DNA of 38,903 bases from the IMG/VR virus record IMGVR_UViG_3300017705_000841, positions 1 through 38,903 of that record; one strand, given 5' to 3'. The DNA comes from a virus (lineage: Duplodnaviria > Caudoviricetes). Each line of letters opens with the position of its first letter. The first letter of the stretch is position 1. Shown in pieces: positions 16,932 to 26,429 of the stretch. The translations under genes and the position numbers were made by a program. The notes under the pieces are model-generated. The model worked only from the letters and a program-made list of their open reading frames with translations, made no database searches and was not told the DNA's origin.

Positions 16932-19900
16932 ATTTGTAGGACTTCACGCACACTCGGTGGCGGGATCTCCATTTGATGGACTAGGATACCCGGAGGAGCA
17001 TTTTGAGTTCGCTTACGAGAATGGGATGGATGCAATGGCGATTACCGAACACGGTAACGCCAATTCTTTGCCACATAGCATCATCGCCGCCAAAAAAATG
17101 AATGCCGAAGGAAAGGACTTTAAGCCCATCTTCGGGGTCGAGGCATACTTCCATCCCTCCATCAAAGATTGGACCGAGGCACGAAACAAGATTGCCGAGG
17201 ACAAAAAAAATAAAAAACTAATCAAGAATGATGAAAGCGGTACAATCGTTGAAGACGAGAACCGCCAAAGGAAGTCAATCTTGAACCGCAGAAACCACCT
17301 CCTCCTCCTCGCACAAAATCAAACTGGCTTAAATAATATCTTCGCACTCGTTTCCAAGTCATTCTCCGGGGAAAATTTCTATCGTTTCCCTCGCGTCGAT
17401 TACGAAATGCTTGAAGAGCATAACGAAGGAGTTATCGCCACTTCTGCTTGTCTTGGTGGAATCTATGCTGGTGACTTTTGGAGAAACAAGGACGAGGGCG
17501 AAGAAGCAATCCTCGCAGCAATGCGAGATACGACAGACAACTTCCTCAATATCTTTGGCGACCGCTGGTATGGCGAACTCCAATGGAACAACATCCCGGA
17601 ACAACATCAAGTAAACCAGTATGTCATTAAGATTTGTAAAGAATTCAACATTTCTTTGATCTCTACAGCCGATAGTCACTATCCTCGACCAGAGCTTTGG
17701 AAAGATCGAATTTTGTACAGAAAGTTGGGGCACCTTTCTAAGCGAAAAGATTTTGATTCCTATTTACCTAAGAGTGTTGAAGAAGTTGGATATGAACTCT
17801 ATCCCAAGAACGGCGACGAGATGTGGGAGAGTTACCAGAAGTATTCTAAAGGTTGTAATGTATCATATGACGACGACTTAATTCTCAAATCTATCGAAAG
17901 AACACACGAGGTGGCTCATGGAAGGATTGAAAGATTTTATCCTGATACTACTGTTCGTCTTCCTGATTTTGTTGTACCAAGAGGCAAAGACGCAACAGAG
18001 GCACTTGTCGAACAAAGCATCGAGGGTCTTAGACAAAATGCGCTTGATGATAATCAAGATTACATTGACAGGCTAAAGCAGGAACTTACAGTAATTAACA
18101 ATAGGGGTTTTGCCAAATATTTCCTTACAATGAAGGCTGTGGCAGATAAGGCTTCCTCTACTCAACTCGTCGGTGCAGGCAGGGGCAGCGCAGCGGGCTC
18201 TCTTGTATCTTATGTTCTTGGTATCACGCAGGTTGATCCAATTAAATATGATTTGCTTTTCTCTCGCTTCCTTCGGGAAGACGCAGTTGATTATCCCGAT
18301 ATAGATTATGATGTGAGTTCGCCAATGGAACTCAAGGAGCAGCTTGCCGAAGATTGGGGTAGAAATGTTGTTGTTCCGATCTCCAACTGGAACACACTTC
18401 AACTTCGTTCTCTCATTAAAGATATCTCAAAGTTTTATGAGGTTCCATTCAAGGAGGTCAACGCCGTAACTGGTCGAATGATGTTCGAGGCAACCCCCAA
18501 AGCAAAGAAGGATCACGGGATTACAGCAGGAGTATATACTCCTACCTTTGAGGAGGTAATGAAGTATTCGGATTCACTCCGAAAATTCCTCAAGAAATAT
18601 CCAGACATCAAGACTCACGTTCTTAATCTGTATGGGCAAATCAGAAGTCTTTCCCGCCACGCCGGTGGGGTTGTCATCGCTGATAATCTCAATCAACATA
18701 TGCCACTGATCTCTTCTAAGGGAGTGACGCAAACTCCCTGGTCGGAGGGGCAGAATGTCAGGCACCTTGAGCCACTTGGCTTTATTAAGTTTGATATACT
18801 TGGCCTTGCTTCTTTGAGAATGATGGAGACTTGCATCAGTCACATCCTGAAGAGACACCACGACAACAGAGAGCCAACCTTTGAGGATATAAAAGAGTTC
18901 TACGATAAGCACATCCACCCAGATGTGATCAACTTTGATGACGAGGAAATTTATAAAAATATTTTTCACAAGGGAAAATGGGCCGGGATCTTCCAGTTCA
19001 CAGAGGGAGGAGCACAACGTTTTTGCAAGCAGGCAAAGCCAAACTCCATTATTGATATTGCCGCCATCACTTCCATCTATCGGCCCGGCCCTCTTTCTGC
19101 TGGCGTTGATAAAAAATATGTTGAGGCAATCGGAGCACCCCAATATATCAATTACGACCACGAGATCATCCAGGAGATCACAGAGGAAACTTACGGATTT
19201 ATGATCTTCCAGGAACAGATTGCGTTGCTTGCTCACAGGCTCGGAAAGGACATCTCTCTCGATGAGGGCAACACTCTCCGCAAGCTCCTTACCAAGAAAG
19301 GAACGGGCGAAGTCGCAAAGAAAAAAGAGAAGATCCGCTTGAAGTTTGTTGATGGTTGTGTAGAGAAGGGACTAGCCAAGAATAAGGCAGAGAAGCTTTG
19401 GAACAATATTGAATACTTCTCAGGATACGGCTTTAACAAGTCACACGCAATTTCCTATTCAATTCTATCATACCAGTGTGCTTGGTTGTTCCACAAGTAC
19501 CCTGTAGAGTGGATGGCGTCTTTTCTCGATAAAGAGCCAGAAACAAGAAAAGAGAAAGCAATTACAATCGCAAAGAACTTTGGATTCGATATTAAGCCTC
19601 TCGATATTAATACTTCTGGAATGCAGTGGGATATCTTAGACAGTAATACGCTGGTCCAGCCCCTAACCTCTATTAAAGGTCTTGGAGAGGCAGCAATCCA
19701 GCAAATACTACGGGCACGACCGTTCTCGAATGTTGAGGACTTCATTTTCAACGAGAATATTGTATACTCCAAGCTAAACAAGAAAGCGTTGGATGTTTTG
19801 TGCAGATCCCAGGCACTAAATTGTCTCATAGATGAGAGATTCAATGGCCTGAAGCACTTTTGGTCAGCAGTCGCAGTTGATAGGGCAAAGACTAAGAAGA

Positions 19901-20319
19901 AATTTCAAGAGAATATTAAACTGTTTTATCCCGAGGGAGATTTCTTGGAGGAGGAAAAGATTGAATATCTTGTGGACCTCACAGGGTTATTCCCCATTCA
20001 AAAGGTTGTAAACGAGAAGATGCTAAGTGATCTACAGGATAGGTATGTTCTCCCCATCTCAGAATATGATAAGGAATTGCAGCTTGTCTGGTTTATTCCT
20101 CGACAATTGATTGCAAAAAAGACTCGCAATGATAAAGACTTTTATATTATGAATGTCATTGACTCAAATAGTCAACTTACGGCCATCAAGTGTTGGGGGG
20201 TATCCTTGACACGAGACGTTGTTCATATTAATCGACCATATATGGCGAGGGTAAAATATGATGAACAGTGGGGCTTCTCGATTAATAACATTAGAAAAAA
20301 TATGATTTTGCTGGGGTAA
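16909..20319 (+). CDS. dnaE: DNA polymerase III alpha subunit (family C)
   Basis: PHP domain (LHAHS, ITEHG, GVEAY, ADSHY), GRGSAAGS, PDIDYD, HAGG, KFDILG, YGFNKSH. Confidence 0.95.
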   Translation: MRKTPKIKFVGLHAHSVAGSPFDGLGYPEEHFEFAYENGMDAMAITEHGNANSLPHSIIAAKKMNAEGKDFKPIFGVEAYFHPSIKDWTEARNKIAEDKKNKKLIKNDESGTIVEDENRQRKSILNRRNHLLLLAQNQTGLNNIFALVSKSFSGENFYRFPRVDYEMLEEHNEGVIATSACLGGIYAGDFWRNKDEGEEAILAAMRDTTDNFLNIFGDRWYGELQWNNIPEQHQVNQYVIKICKEFNISLISTADSHYPRPELWKDRILYRKLGHLSKRKDFDSYLPKSVEEVGYELYPKNGDEMWESYQKYSKGCNVSYDDDLILKSIERTHEVAHGRIERFYPDTTVRLPDFVVPRGKDATEALVEQSIEGLRQNALDDNQDYIDRLKQELTVINNRGFAKYFLTMKAVADKASSTQLVGAGRGSAAGSLVSYVLGITQVDPIKYDLLFSRFLREDAVDYPDIDYDVSSPMELKEQLAEDWGRNVVVPISNWNTLQLRSLIKDISKFYEVPFKEVNAVTGRMMFEATPKAKKDHGITAGVYTPTFEEVMKYSDSLRKFLKKYPDIKTHVLNLYGQIRSLSRHAGGVVIADNLNQHMPLISSKGVTQTPWSEGQNVRHLEPLGFIKFDILGLASLRMMETCISHILKRHHDNREPTFEDIKEFYDKHIHPDVINFDDEEIYKNIFHKGKWAGIFQFTEGGAQRFCKQAKPNSIIDIAAITSIYRPGPLSAGVDKKYVEAIGAPQYINYDHEIIQEITEETYGFMIFQEQIALLAHRLGKDISLDEGNTLRKLLTKKGTGEVAKKKEKIRLKFVDGCVEKGLAKNKAEKLWNNIEYFSGYGFNKSHAISYSILSYQCAWLFHKYPVEWMASFLDKEPETRKEKAITIAKNFGFDIKPLDINTSGMQWDILDSNTLVQPLTSIKGLGEAAIQQILRARPFSNVEDFIFNENIVYSKLNKKALDVLCRSQALNCLIDERFNGLKHFWSAVAVDRAKTKKKFQENIKLFYPEGDFLEEEKIEYLVDLTGLFPIQKVVNEKMLSDLQDRYVLPISEYDKELQLVWFIPRQLIAKKTRNDKDFYIMNVIDSNSQLTAIKCWGVSLTRDVVHINRPYMARVKYDEQWGFSINNIRKNMILLG

Positions 20320-20321
20320 AA

Positions 20322-20762
20322 ATGAGAAAGTCTTTTCGGGAACATCTAGTGCAAGAAGTAAAATTAATTGCAGAGCAGGGAACTTGTCCAAGATTGCAAG
20401 TTGGCGGTGTTTTGTTTAATGAGGATACAAAGAGAATTTTGTTAAAATCTTACAACGGCTCACCATCTGGATGTCCACATTGCGATGAGGTGGGCTGTTT
20501 GATGGTTGAGAATCACTGTATGAGGGCGGAACATGCTGAGAGAAATTTGTTGTATACTGCTTCGGCTGAAGGGATATCTACGAAAAAACTTTCCGTTGTT
20601 GTTAGCCACTTTCCTTGTCACCATTGTTATCGCGGTCTGGTCCAGGCAGGAATCAAAAACATCTATTACATACAACTATATGGATCAAACACAGAAGAAT
20701 ACAGACAATACAGACAAGACTGTAAAATAAAAGTGAAACATATTTCAGAATTAGAGAGATAA
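20322..20762 (+). CDS. dCMP deaminase
   Basis: TCPRLQVG, YNG, HAERN, FPCHHC motifs. Confidence 0.85.
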   Translation: MRKSFREHLVQEVKLIAEQGTCPRLQVGGVLFNEDTKRILLKSYNGSPSGCPHCDEVGCLMVENHCMRAEHAERNLLYTASAEGISTKKLSVVVSHFPCHHCYRGLVQAGIKNIYYIQLYGSNTEEYRQYRQDCKIKVKHISELER

Positions 20763-20766
20763 GTAT

Positions 20767-20795
20767 TTGACATTATTGTAGAATGTTTCTATAAT
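20767..20795 (+). promoter_or_regulatory. Consensus sigma70 promoter
   Basis: TTGACA-17 bp-TATAAT; RBS GGAGG before ATG 20824. Confidence 0.85.
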
Positions 20796-20823
20796 ATAAA
20801 ATTACAACCCAAGTGGAGGAAAG

Positions 20824-21276
20824 ATGATTTTAGAGTTTGCAAAAGTAAGAGAGGGTATTGTGACACCAGTCAGAGCCAACCCATCGGACGCCGGCCTTGA
20901 TGTATTTTTCAATCCTGAGAACGGCGCAGCGATTTCCATTGAGCCGGCTAATGGGAAAACTTTGTTACAGACAGGTATCCGCTTGGGCACTCCCCACGGC
21001 TATATGGTCCAGGTAATGAACCGATCTTCGGTTGCTTCAAAGCGGCAACTCGTTGTGGGAGCCCATTGTATCGATTCTGGGTATGATGGTGAGATTTTCA
21101 TCGATATTCACAATATTGGAAGCACAATCCAGACGATTAACCCTGGCGACAAGATTGCCCAATTGGTTATGGTGCCCGTCGTCCACTTCAGGTTGAGGGA
21201 AGCATCAGGGCTTTATGATGAGTCAATTACAATCTCTAATCGAGGTGACGGAGCATTGGGGAGCACTGATGGCTAA
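20824..21276 (+). CDS. dut: Trimeric dUTPase
   Basis: AGLD, NRSS, IDSGYDGE, KIAQ, RGDGALGST motifs. Confidence 0.93.
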   Translation: MILEFAKVREGIVTPVRANPSDAGLDVFFNPENGAAISIEPANGKTLLQTGIRLGTPHGYMVQVMNRSSVASKRQLVVGAHCIDSGYDGEIFIDIHNIGSTIQTINPGDKIAQLVMVPVVHFRLREASGLYDESITISNRGDGALGSTDG

Positions 21277-21487
21277 GAAAGAAATGGTGGACCACCCAGA
21301 CCACTATAACAAGGGCATCGAAACAATTGATTATATTGAAAGTTGGGATATGGATTTTTCCACCGGGAACGTAATAAAATATGTTACAAGGGCAAAGCAT
21401 AAGGAAAAATCTATTGAGGATCTTAAGAAGGCGAAATGGTATTTAGAAAGATTAATAGACAGCGCGGAGAACAAAAATGGAGTTTAG
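21269..21487 (+). CDS. DUF3310 family protein (T7 gp1.7 nucleotide-kinase-related)
   Basis: VDHPDHYN..IETIDYI...GNVIKY..RA..K...EDLKKAKWYL. Confidence 0.8.
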   Translation: MAKKEMVDHPDHYNKGIETIDYIESWDMDFSTGNVIKYVTRAKHKEKSIEDLKKAKWYLERLIDSAENKNGV

Positions 21488-22487
21488 AGAAACGTTGACT
21501 TACGATGATGTTTTGCTTGTACCCAGATATAGCGAAATCGTTAGTCGAACTGATATTGATTTAACATCTCTTCTTGGTAATATTCCAAGGCCAACACCAA
21601 TTCTGGCATCCCCAATGGATACAGTTTCAGAGTCGGAAATGGCAGTAGCCCTTCAGAAGGAGGGTGGCACCGCCATTATCCATCGCTACTGTTCAATTGA
21701 AGAACAAGTCCGGATGGTCTATCAAGCGGGAACTACAGTGGGCGCAGCCGTTGGAGTAACAGGAGATTTTTTTAATCGCGCTAGAGACTTGGCTTCCGCT
21801 GGCACTTCCTTTTTGTGTGTGGATGTGGCACACGGACATCACATCCTTATGAAAGAAGCTTTGATGAGACTGAAGGGTTGGTTTGGCGATTCTATGCACA
21901 TTATGGCTGGCAATGTTGCAACCCTTGAGGGATATAACGATTTGGCCGATTGGGGAGCAGATAGCGTTCGTTGCAATATTGGAGGCGGGAGCATTTGCTC
22001 AACTCGCATCCAGACAGGACACGGTGTTCCTGGCCTTGAAACAATTTTTCAATGCGCTAGATCAGATAAGGACATTCCAATTATTGCCGATGGAGGTATC
22101 CGCTCATCAGGAGATGCTGTTAAGGCACTTGCAGCCGGTGCTGATTTTGTAATGCTTGGTTCTATGTTTGCCGGAACTGAGGAATCACCAGGAAGCAAAA
22201 TTGAAAAGAATGGCAGATTTTGGAAAGAGTATCGAGGGATGGCAAGTAAAGACGCCCAGATGGATTGGCGAGGCACCTCTTCGTCACCAGAGGGTATTTC
22301 TTCTGTTGTTCCCTTCAAGGGGCCAATCTCCGAGGTTATGAATGATCTCAAGGGGGGTATTAGGTCTGGCCTTTCATATTCTGGTGCCTCTTCCATTCCA
22401 GAGTTTCAGGCAAAAGCGAAATTCATTCGCCAAACAGCCGCTGGTGCAGTGGAAAGTAATACTCATATTTTGTTGAGGTCAAAATGA
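21477..22487 (+). CDS. IMP dehydrogenase / GMP reductase family enzyme (no CBS domain)
   Basis: [50 protein letters not shown]. Confidence 0.88.
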   Translation: MEFRETLTYDDVLLVPRYSEIVSRTDIDLTSLLGNIPRPTPILASPMDTVSESEMAVALQKEGGTAIIHRYCSIEEQVRMVYQAGTTVGAAVGVTGDFFNRARDLASAGTSFLCVDVAHGHHILMKEALMRLKGWFGDSMHIMAGNVATLEGYNDLADWGADSVRCNIGGGSICSTRIQTGHGVPGLETIFQCARSDKDIPIIADGGIRSSGDAVKALAAGADFVMLGSMFAGTEESPGSKIEKNGRFWKEYRGMASKDAQMDWRGTSSSPEGISSVVPFKGPISEVMNDLKGGIRSGLSYSGASSIPEFQAKAKFIRQTAAGAVESNTHILLRSK

Positions 22488-22816
22488 CCACCACACGGAA
22501 AGGTAAACTCAAGAAGATAGTTTTTACCGCTACGGAGAAATCCCACGCTGACCTCAAGATTAGGCTTCACTACGATGGATTAACACAGGTGAGCTTTTAT
22601 CGAATGATGATGGAGGGGTATATTAAGGAAGACGAAAGAATTTTAGAATATGTCCAGAACTGGAAGGAACAAAACGAAATTCAAAGTAAAAGACAGAGAG
22701 GTGATATAGAAAAGGAATACAAAAGCCAAAAAGAAGTGAAAGAGAAGTTTGCCCTTAGTGAAACTGAGGTTGAAAGTATTTTTGATATGTTGGAAAAGGA
22801 GCAGCCAGATTTATGA
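22484..22816 (+). CDS. Hypothetical protein, possible ribbon-helix-helix regulator
   Basis: KKIVF strand followed by two predicted helices; ATGA coupling at both ends. Confidence 0.5.
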   Translation: MTTTRKGKLKKIVFTATEKSHADLKIRLHYDGLTQVSFYRMMMEGYIKEDERILEYVQNWKEQNEIQSKRQRGDIEKEYKSQKEVKEKFALSETEVESIFDMLEKEQPDL

Positions 22817-23058
22817 GCAATGAGATAAAAAAATGTGCATCTTTGTGTTTAAAGAGGGGCGTGTCTTGTCCCAATACGGATTGTCGATTGTGGATCGATT
22901 TTGAAGAGGATAATAATTGTACCCTTGTTGTTGTTAAGAAGCACGGAGCCCTAACTTATCGTGAAATTGCTGAGAGGGTTGGTCGAACACCTCCACGAAT
23001 TAAGCAAATAGTTGATGAAGTTTTGTTGAAGATGAGGAAAAACATTTTAAAGAAATAA
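22813..23058 (+). CDS. Stand-alone sigma70 region-4-like HTH protein with Cys-rich N-terminus
   Basis: LTYREIAERVGRTPPRIKQIVDEVLLKMR; five Cys in the N-terminal half. Confidence 0.7.
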   Translation: MSNEIKKCASLCLKRGVSCPNTDCRLWIDFEEDNNCTLVVVKKHGALTYREIAERVGRTPPRIKQIVDEVLLKMRKNILKK

Positions 23059-23086
23059 TTATAAAATAATGTCCCAACAAATATTC

Positions 23087-23112
23087 AATTGCCAAGGGCA
23101 ATTTGTTTATTT
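23087..23112 (+). terminator. Possible terminator hairpin ending the replication block
   Basis: AATTGCC-AAG-GGCAATT followed by TGTTTATTT. Confidence 0.4.
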
Positions 23113-23116
23113 AAAT

Positions 23117-23125
23117 ACTATTTAT
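23117..23125 (+). promoter_or_regulatory. Putative phage-specific (late) promoter motif ACTATTTAT
   Basis: Recurring motif upstream of the 23170 gene (RBS AGGAG). Confidence 0.5.
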
Positions 23126-23169
23126 ATGGTAGCGAGTTCACATTTTAATTAATATAGGAGAATTTTACA

Positions 23170-23712
23170 ATGAGTGGAAAAAAGAATCTTTTAAATGAAG
23201 CCGCCGTCCGTCGTTTCATGAAGCTAGCCAATATGGAAGCTCTTGGTAATGATTTTATCTCAAATACCGTCAGCGAATCAAGTTGCGGCGAAGAGCGACA
23301 AGAGGAGATGATGGATTATGCCCGAGAAGATGAAGCACCAGAAGGTATGGACCTTGAAGATGCCGCCGAGATCGAAGATGTTGTTGACGTCGAAGAGATG
23401 CCAGAAGATGATATGGAAGCACCTGCCGGCGACTTGGAAGGTAAAGTAGAAGAGCTTGTCTCAGCAATTGCAGATGCAATTGAGGCCACTACTGGCGTCG
23501 CAGTCGATGTCGAGGGCGAAGAAGAAATGCCAGCAGAAGAGCCAGAGATGGATATGGATATGGAAGACGAAGTAGAAGTCGAGCCAGAAATGCCAGAGAT
23601 GGAAGGCCCAGAGGAAGAGTTGGAAGAAACACAAACTCTTGATCAAGAGGCAATTGTTCAAGAAGTGATGAAGCGGGTCGCCGCCAGATTGTTGAAAAAT
23701 AGGAGCAAGTAA
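23170..23712 (+). CDS. Highly acidic protein, possible prohead core/scaffold or internal protein
   Basis: Low-complexity E/D/M/P-rich middle with amphipathic ends (LLNEAAVRRFMKLA; IVQEVMKRVAARLL). Confidence 0.55.
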   Translation: MSGKKNLLNEAAVRRFMKLANMEALGNDFISNTVSESSCGEERQEEMMDYAREDEAPEGMDLEDAAEIEDVVDVEEMPEDDMEAPAGDLEGKVEELVSAIADAIEATTGVAVDVEGEEEMPAEEPEMDMDMEDEVEVEPEMPEMEGPEEELEETQTLDQEAIVQEVMKRVAARLLKNRSK

Positions 23713-23714
23713 AG

Positions 23715-24110
23715 GTGTTAAAGAATTATCGCGCTGGGTTACATAATGTTGGTTCTTATCAAGTATCTGGCTTGCCCTGGGTAACGGGATCAACCATCGC
23801 CGCAGGGGCAGAACATCAGGTTGCTTTTCCGTCGATCACATCGGCGGTTACAATAGTTAACAGTGGGGCATCTGCCTTGCGAGTTCACTTTGTGCCCGCC
23901 GCAGCCGGTAATGTCATTGGAGGGCACCACTACATTACAATCCCCTCTACGGGAAGTATTAGTAATGTAGAAAAACATACCTGCAATGTAAAGTGTAAAG
24001 AGATTTACCTTTCAAGTGTCGCTGGAACGGACTATGAAGTGTTTGCCGAACTCACAACAATCGCCCCAGACGAAATGTACATTTTGACTGGATCTGGTAT
24101 GACTGAATAA
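23715..24110 (+). CDS. Hypothetical beta-rich protein, probably virion structural
   Basis: 131 aa, rich in G/S/T/V; co-transcribed with 23170 up to the terminator. Confidence 0.55.
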   Translation: MLKNYRAGLHNVGSYQVSGLPWVTGSTIAAGAEHQVAFPSITSAVTIVNSGASALRVHFVPAAAGNVIGGHHYITIPSTGSISNVEKHTCNVKCKEIYLSSVAGTDYEVFAELTTIAPDEMYILTGSGMTE

Positions 24111-24130
24111 TAAAAATGTTTAAACTCGCT

Positions 24131-24164
24131 AAAAGAGGTAATCGAAAGATTACCTCTTTTTTTT
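24131..24164 (+). terminator. Rho-independent terminator (potentially bidirectional)
   Basis: AAAAGAGGTAATC-GAAA-GATTACCTCTTTT followed by further Ts. Confidence 0.9.
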
Positions 24165-24165
24165 A

Positions 24166-24194
24166 TTGCCTGGTATAGTATTTTGTGTTATTAT
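24166..24194 (+). promoter_or_regulatory. sigma70-like promoter
   Basis: TTGCCT-17 bp-TATTAT with TGn extension; RBS AGGAG before 24224. Confidence 0.55.
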
Positions 24195-24223
24195 ACCTTA
24201 GTAACTTTAGATAGGAGATAAAA

Positions 24224-24676
24224 ATGACACAAGATTTGATCATTGGTTTTTGCCTTGGATATCTTTTTAGAACAATTATTTATCACTTTGTTTTCCGTGG
24301 TAAGGGTATCCTTACAATACAGGAAGCGGAGCAGACTTCTCTTTATATGCTGGAAGAGGCCAGCATTATGTACAAGCATGCAAAGAAGTGGACTTCTATT
24401 GTTTCAGAAAGCCTTGAGGAGGTCTTAAAAGATGTTCGGTATAGGCTCCTCACCCAGTTTCCCGCCGAGGAAGTTGATGAGATTATGGAAGAGTGGGATA
24501 TGTCATTCGTGGAACACAATGCCGAAGTTTGGTCAAAAACCCAGGAAGCTCGTGATGCCTGGAGGAAGATTGGATTAAAGGCAATTGAAAGAAGGATGAA
24601 GCTCTATGGTTATCCTCCTGGCTGGACTGATTGGGAAACTGCAATGGAATTTATCCACAAAGGGGAAGAAAAATGA
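24224..24676 (+). CDS. Hypothetical protein with N-terminal hydrophobic segment
   Basis: 150-aa ORF with RBS; LIIGFCLGYLF. Confidence 0.65.
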   Translation: MTQDLIIGFCLGYLFRTIIYHFVFRGKGILTIQEAEQTSLYMLEEASIMYKHAKKWTSIVSESLEEVLKDVRYRLLTQFPAEEVDEIMEEWDMSFVEHNAEVWSKTQEARDAWRKIGLKAIERRMKLYGYPPGWTDWETAMEFIHKGEEK

Positions 24677-24972
24677 AACTAAAGGCAGATTTCACAAACC
24701 CATTCTTCAGAGCAGTTATGTACGATATTATGAACGAATATCAAGAAAAAGAAGATAATGTAGTTTATATGGGGAAACTATTTAAAATACACGGAATTGT
24801 AAAGTGGACCTTTAATGAGACAAAGGGAAAAATGCCTCACCAAAAACAGCTTGAATATATTTTTAATCTAGTTGATGATGTTGTGAAAGATAAAAAGGAT
24901 ATTTTTTTTGATGAGGACGGTACAATTAAAATTTTAGAATATAACAATACGAGGATGGATGAATATGAATAA
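24673..24972 (+). CDS. Hypothetical protein
   Basis: ATGA-coupled start at 24673. Confidence 0.6.
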   Translation: MKLKADFTNPFFRAVMYDIMNEYQEKEDNVVYMGKLFKIHGIVKWTFNETKGKMPHQKQLEYIFNLVDDVVKDKKDIFFDEDGTIKILEYNNTRMDEYE

Positions 24973-25504
24973 AAATGTTAAAACAATGACAATTATTGGA
25001 GATCTTGAGGAAGAGTATGCTAAAGAGGTTATGGAGACTCTTTATGCGATCAAGTTGACAAGTGATGAAGAAGAGGAGGAAGAAAAGGGGCCAATCCAAA
25101 TTTTAATTTCCACTTATGGCGGCTCTATACTTGAACTTTTTTCAATCTATGATATAATAAGAGAAATTAAGAGTGAAGATTATGAGATTCACACTCACGG
25201 TCTTGGCAAAGTAATGTCCGCTGGTGTCCTACTACTGGCATCAGGGACAAGAGGAAAAAGAAGGATCGGGAAAAATTGTAGAGTCATGATGCACTCCGTT
25301 ATCGCAGGATGCGAAGGAACATATGTGTCTCTCCAAAATGAGATGGATGAAATCAAATATCTTCAAGAGCAGTATAAAAGGTGCCTTGTCGAGGAGACAA
25401 ATATCTCAATGCGAAGCTTGAATAAGTATTTTAAAGCGGGAAAAAACATTTACCTTAGTGCTGAAGAAGCCGTCGAACTAGGCATCGCAGATGAAATTGT
25501 ATGA
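24959..25504 (+). CDS. clpP: ClpP-family serine protease
   Basis: ISTYGGS, GKVMSAG, MMH, YLSAEEAVELGIADEI. Confidence 0.85.
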   Translation: MNMNKNVKTMTIIGDLEEEYAKEVMETLYAIKLTSDEEEEEEKGPIQILISTYGGSILELFSIYDIIREIKSEDYEIHTHGLGKVMSAGVLLLASGTRGKRRIGKNCRVMMHSVIAGCEGTYVSLQNEMDEIKYLQEQYKRCLVEETNISMRSLNKYFKAGKNIYLSAEEAVELGIADEIV

Positions 25505-25514
25505 GGAATAAGTT

Positions 25515-26426
25515 ATGTCAGTAGATAAAATTTTTTATAACCAAATGTCCTCAAAACAGCTTGGGTGGGCTCCTAACTGGTTTGGAGCAGAATATTTTGA
25601 TGAAGATTTGATCAAGCAGATTAAGAAGTGGCAACGTAACCGTAAGCTAAAGATGGATGGGTTGGTCGGACCAATGACCTTCCGCCGCATCTGGACTGAA
25701 CGAGAAGCATCAATTGATGACCTCCTGCCAGAAAAAATTCCAGCCTGTTACAGTTCACACATTGTCTGCAACTCTCACCTGGTCCCAATCGAGTGGGACA
25801 AGGTTGTCTTGTGGTCGGAAGAGGGTGGACTCACTTGTGACCCTGGCACCTACTATGACTTTGCAGGGAAGCCACAAAGAGATGTTAAGATGTTTGTCAA
25901 CCATTGGGACGTGTGCCTCTCTTCTAAGTCTTGCGAGAGGATTATGAAGAAGAAGGGAACATCAGTCCACTTCTGCATCGACAACGATGGCACGATCTAT
26001 CAGCTTCTCGATACGCAACACGCCGCCTGGCAGGCAGGAACCCGAGTCACAAATCTTGCATCTGTGGGTGTAGAAATTTCCAACGCCTATTATAAAAAGT
26101 ATAATAAGACTTACGTTAAGCGAGGCTTCGGAGAACGTCCGGTTTGGGTCGGAGAGGTTCACGGTGGTAAATTAGGTGAGTTCCTGGGATTTTATGACGT
26201 CCAACTCGAAGCCCTAAAGGCTCTATGGAAGGCTATGGGCGAAGCGTATTCTATCCCCCTAACTACCCCAATTAATGACGATGGGAGTCTTATGACGGAG
26301 GTCCATAAGCCAGCATCCAGGGGAAAATATCGAGGCATCGTAAATCATTACAACTTAACAAAAAGAAAGATTGACTGTGCCGGTATGGATATGTTACAAT
26401 TACTAAGTGAAATAGAAAACAAATAA
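25515..26426 (+). CDS. N-acetylmuramoyl-L-alanine amidase with PG-binding motif (endolysin candidate)
   Basis: WQ...DGLVGPMT PG-binding motif; VNHWD, SVHFCID.DG.IYQ, AWQAG, SVGVE, NH...KIDC Zn-amidase pattern. Confidence 0.8.
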   Translation: MSVDKIFYNQMSSKQLGWAPNWFGAEYFDEDLIKQIKKWQRNRKLKMDGLVGPMTFRRIWTEREASIDDLLPEKIPACYSSHIVCNSHLVPIEWDKVVLWSEEGGLTCDPGTYYDFAGKPQRDVKMFVNHWDVCLSSKSCERIMKKKGTSVHFCIDNDGTIYQLLDTQHAAWQAGTRVTNLASVGVEISNAYYKKYNKTYVKRGFGERPVWVGEVHGGKLGEFLGFYDVQLEALKALWKAMGEAYSIPLTTPINDDGSLMTEVHKPASRGKYRGIVNHYNLTKRKIDCAGMDMLQLLSEIENK

Positions 26427-26429
26427 GAG

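Noticed and set aside
18574-19236. 220-aa antisense ORF, and other short shadow ORFs in the track
   Set aside because: They lie opposite or within well-supported genes and have no recognisable motifs; codon bias explains them.
8846-20319. Inteins or introns in helicase, nrdJ or dnaE
   Set aside because: Lengths are normal, motifs are contiguous, and no intein splice or homing endonuclease motifs are evident.
20322-20370. Capsid-targeting-like N-terminus MRKSFREHLVQE
   Set aside because: It corresponds to the normal first helix of dCMP deaminases.
24651-24659. DnaA box TTATCCACA
   Set aside because: Single copy inside a CDS (one near-match near 35665); no cluster or origin context.
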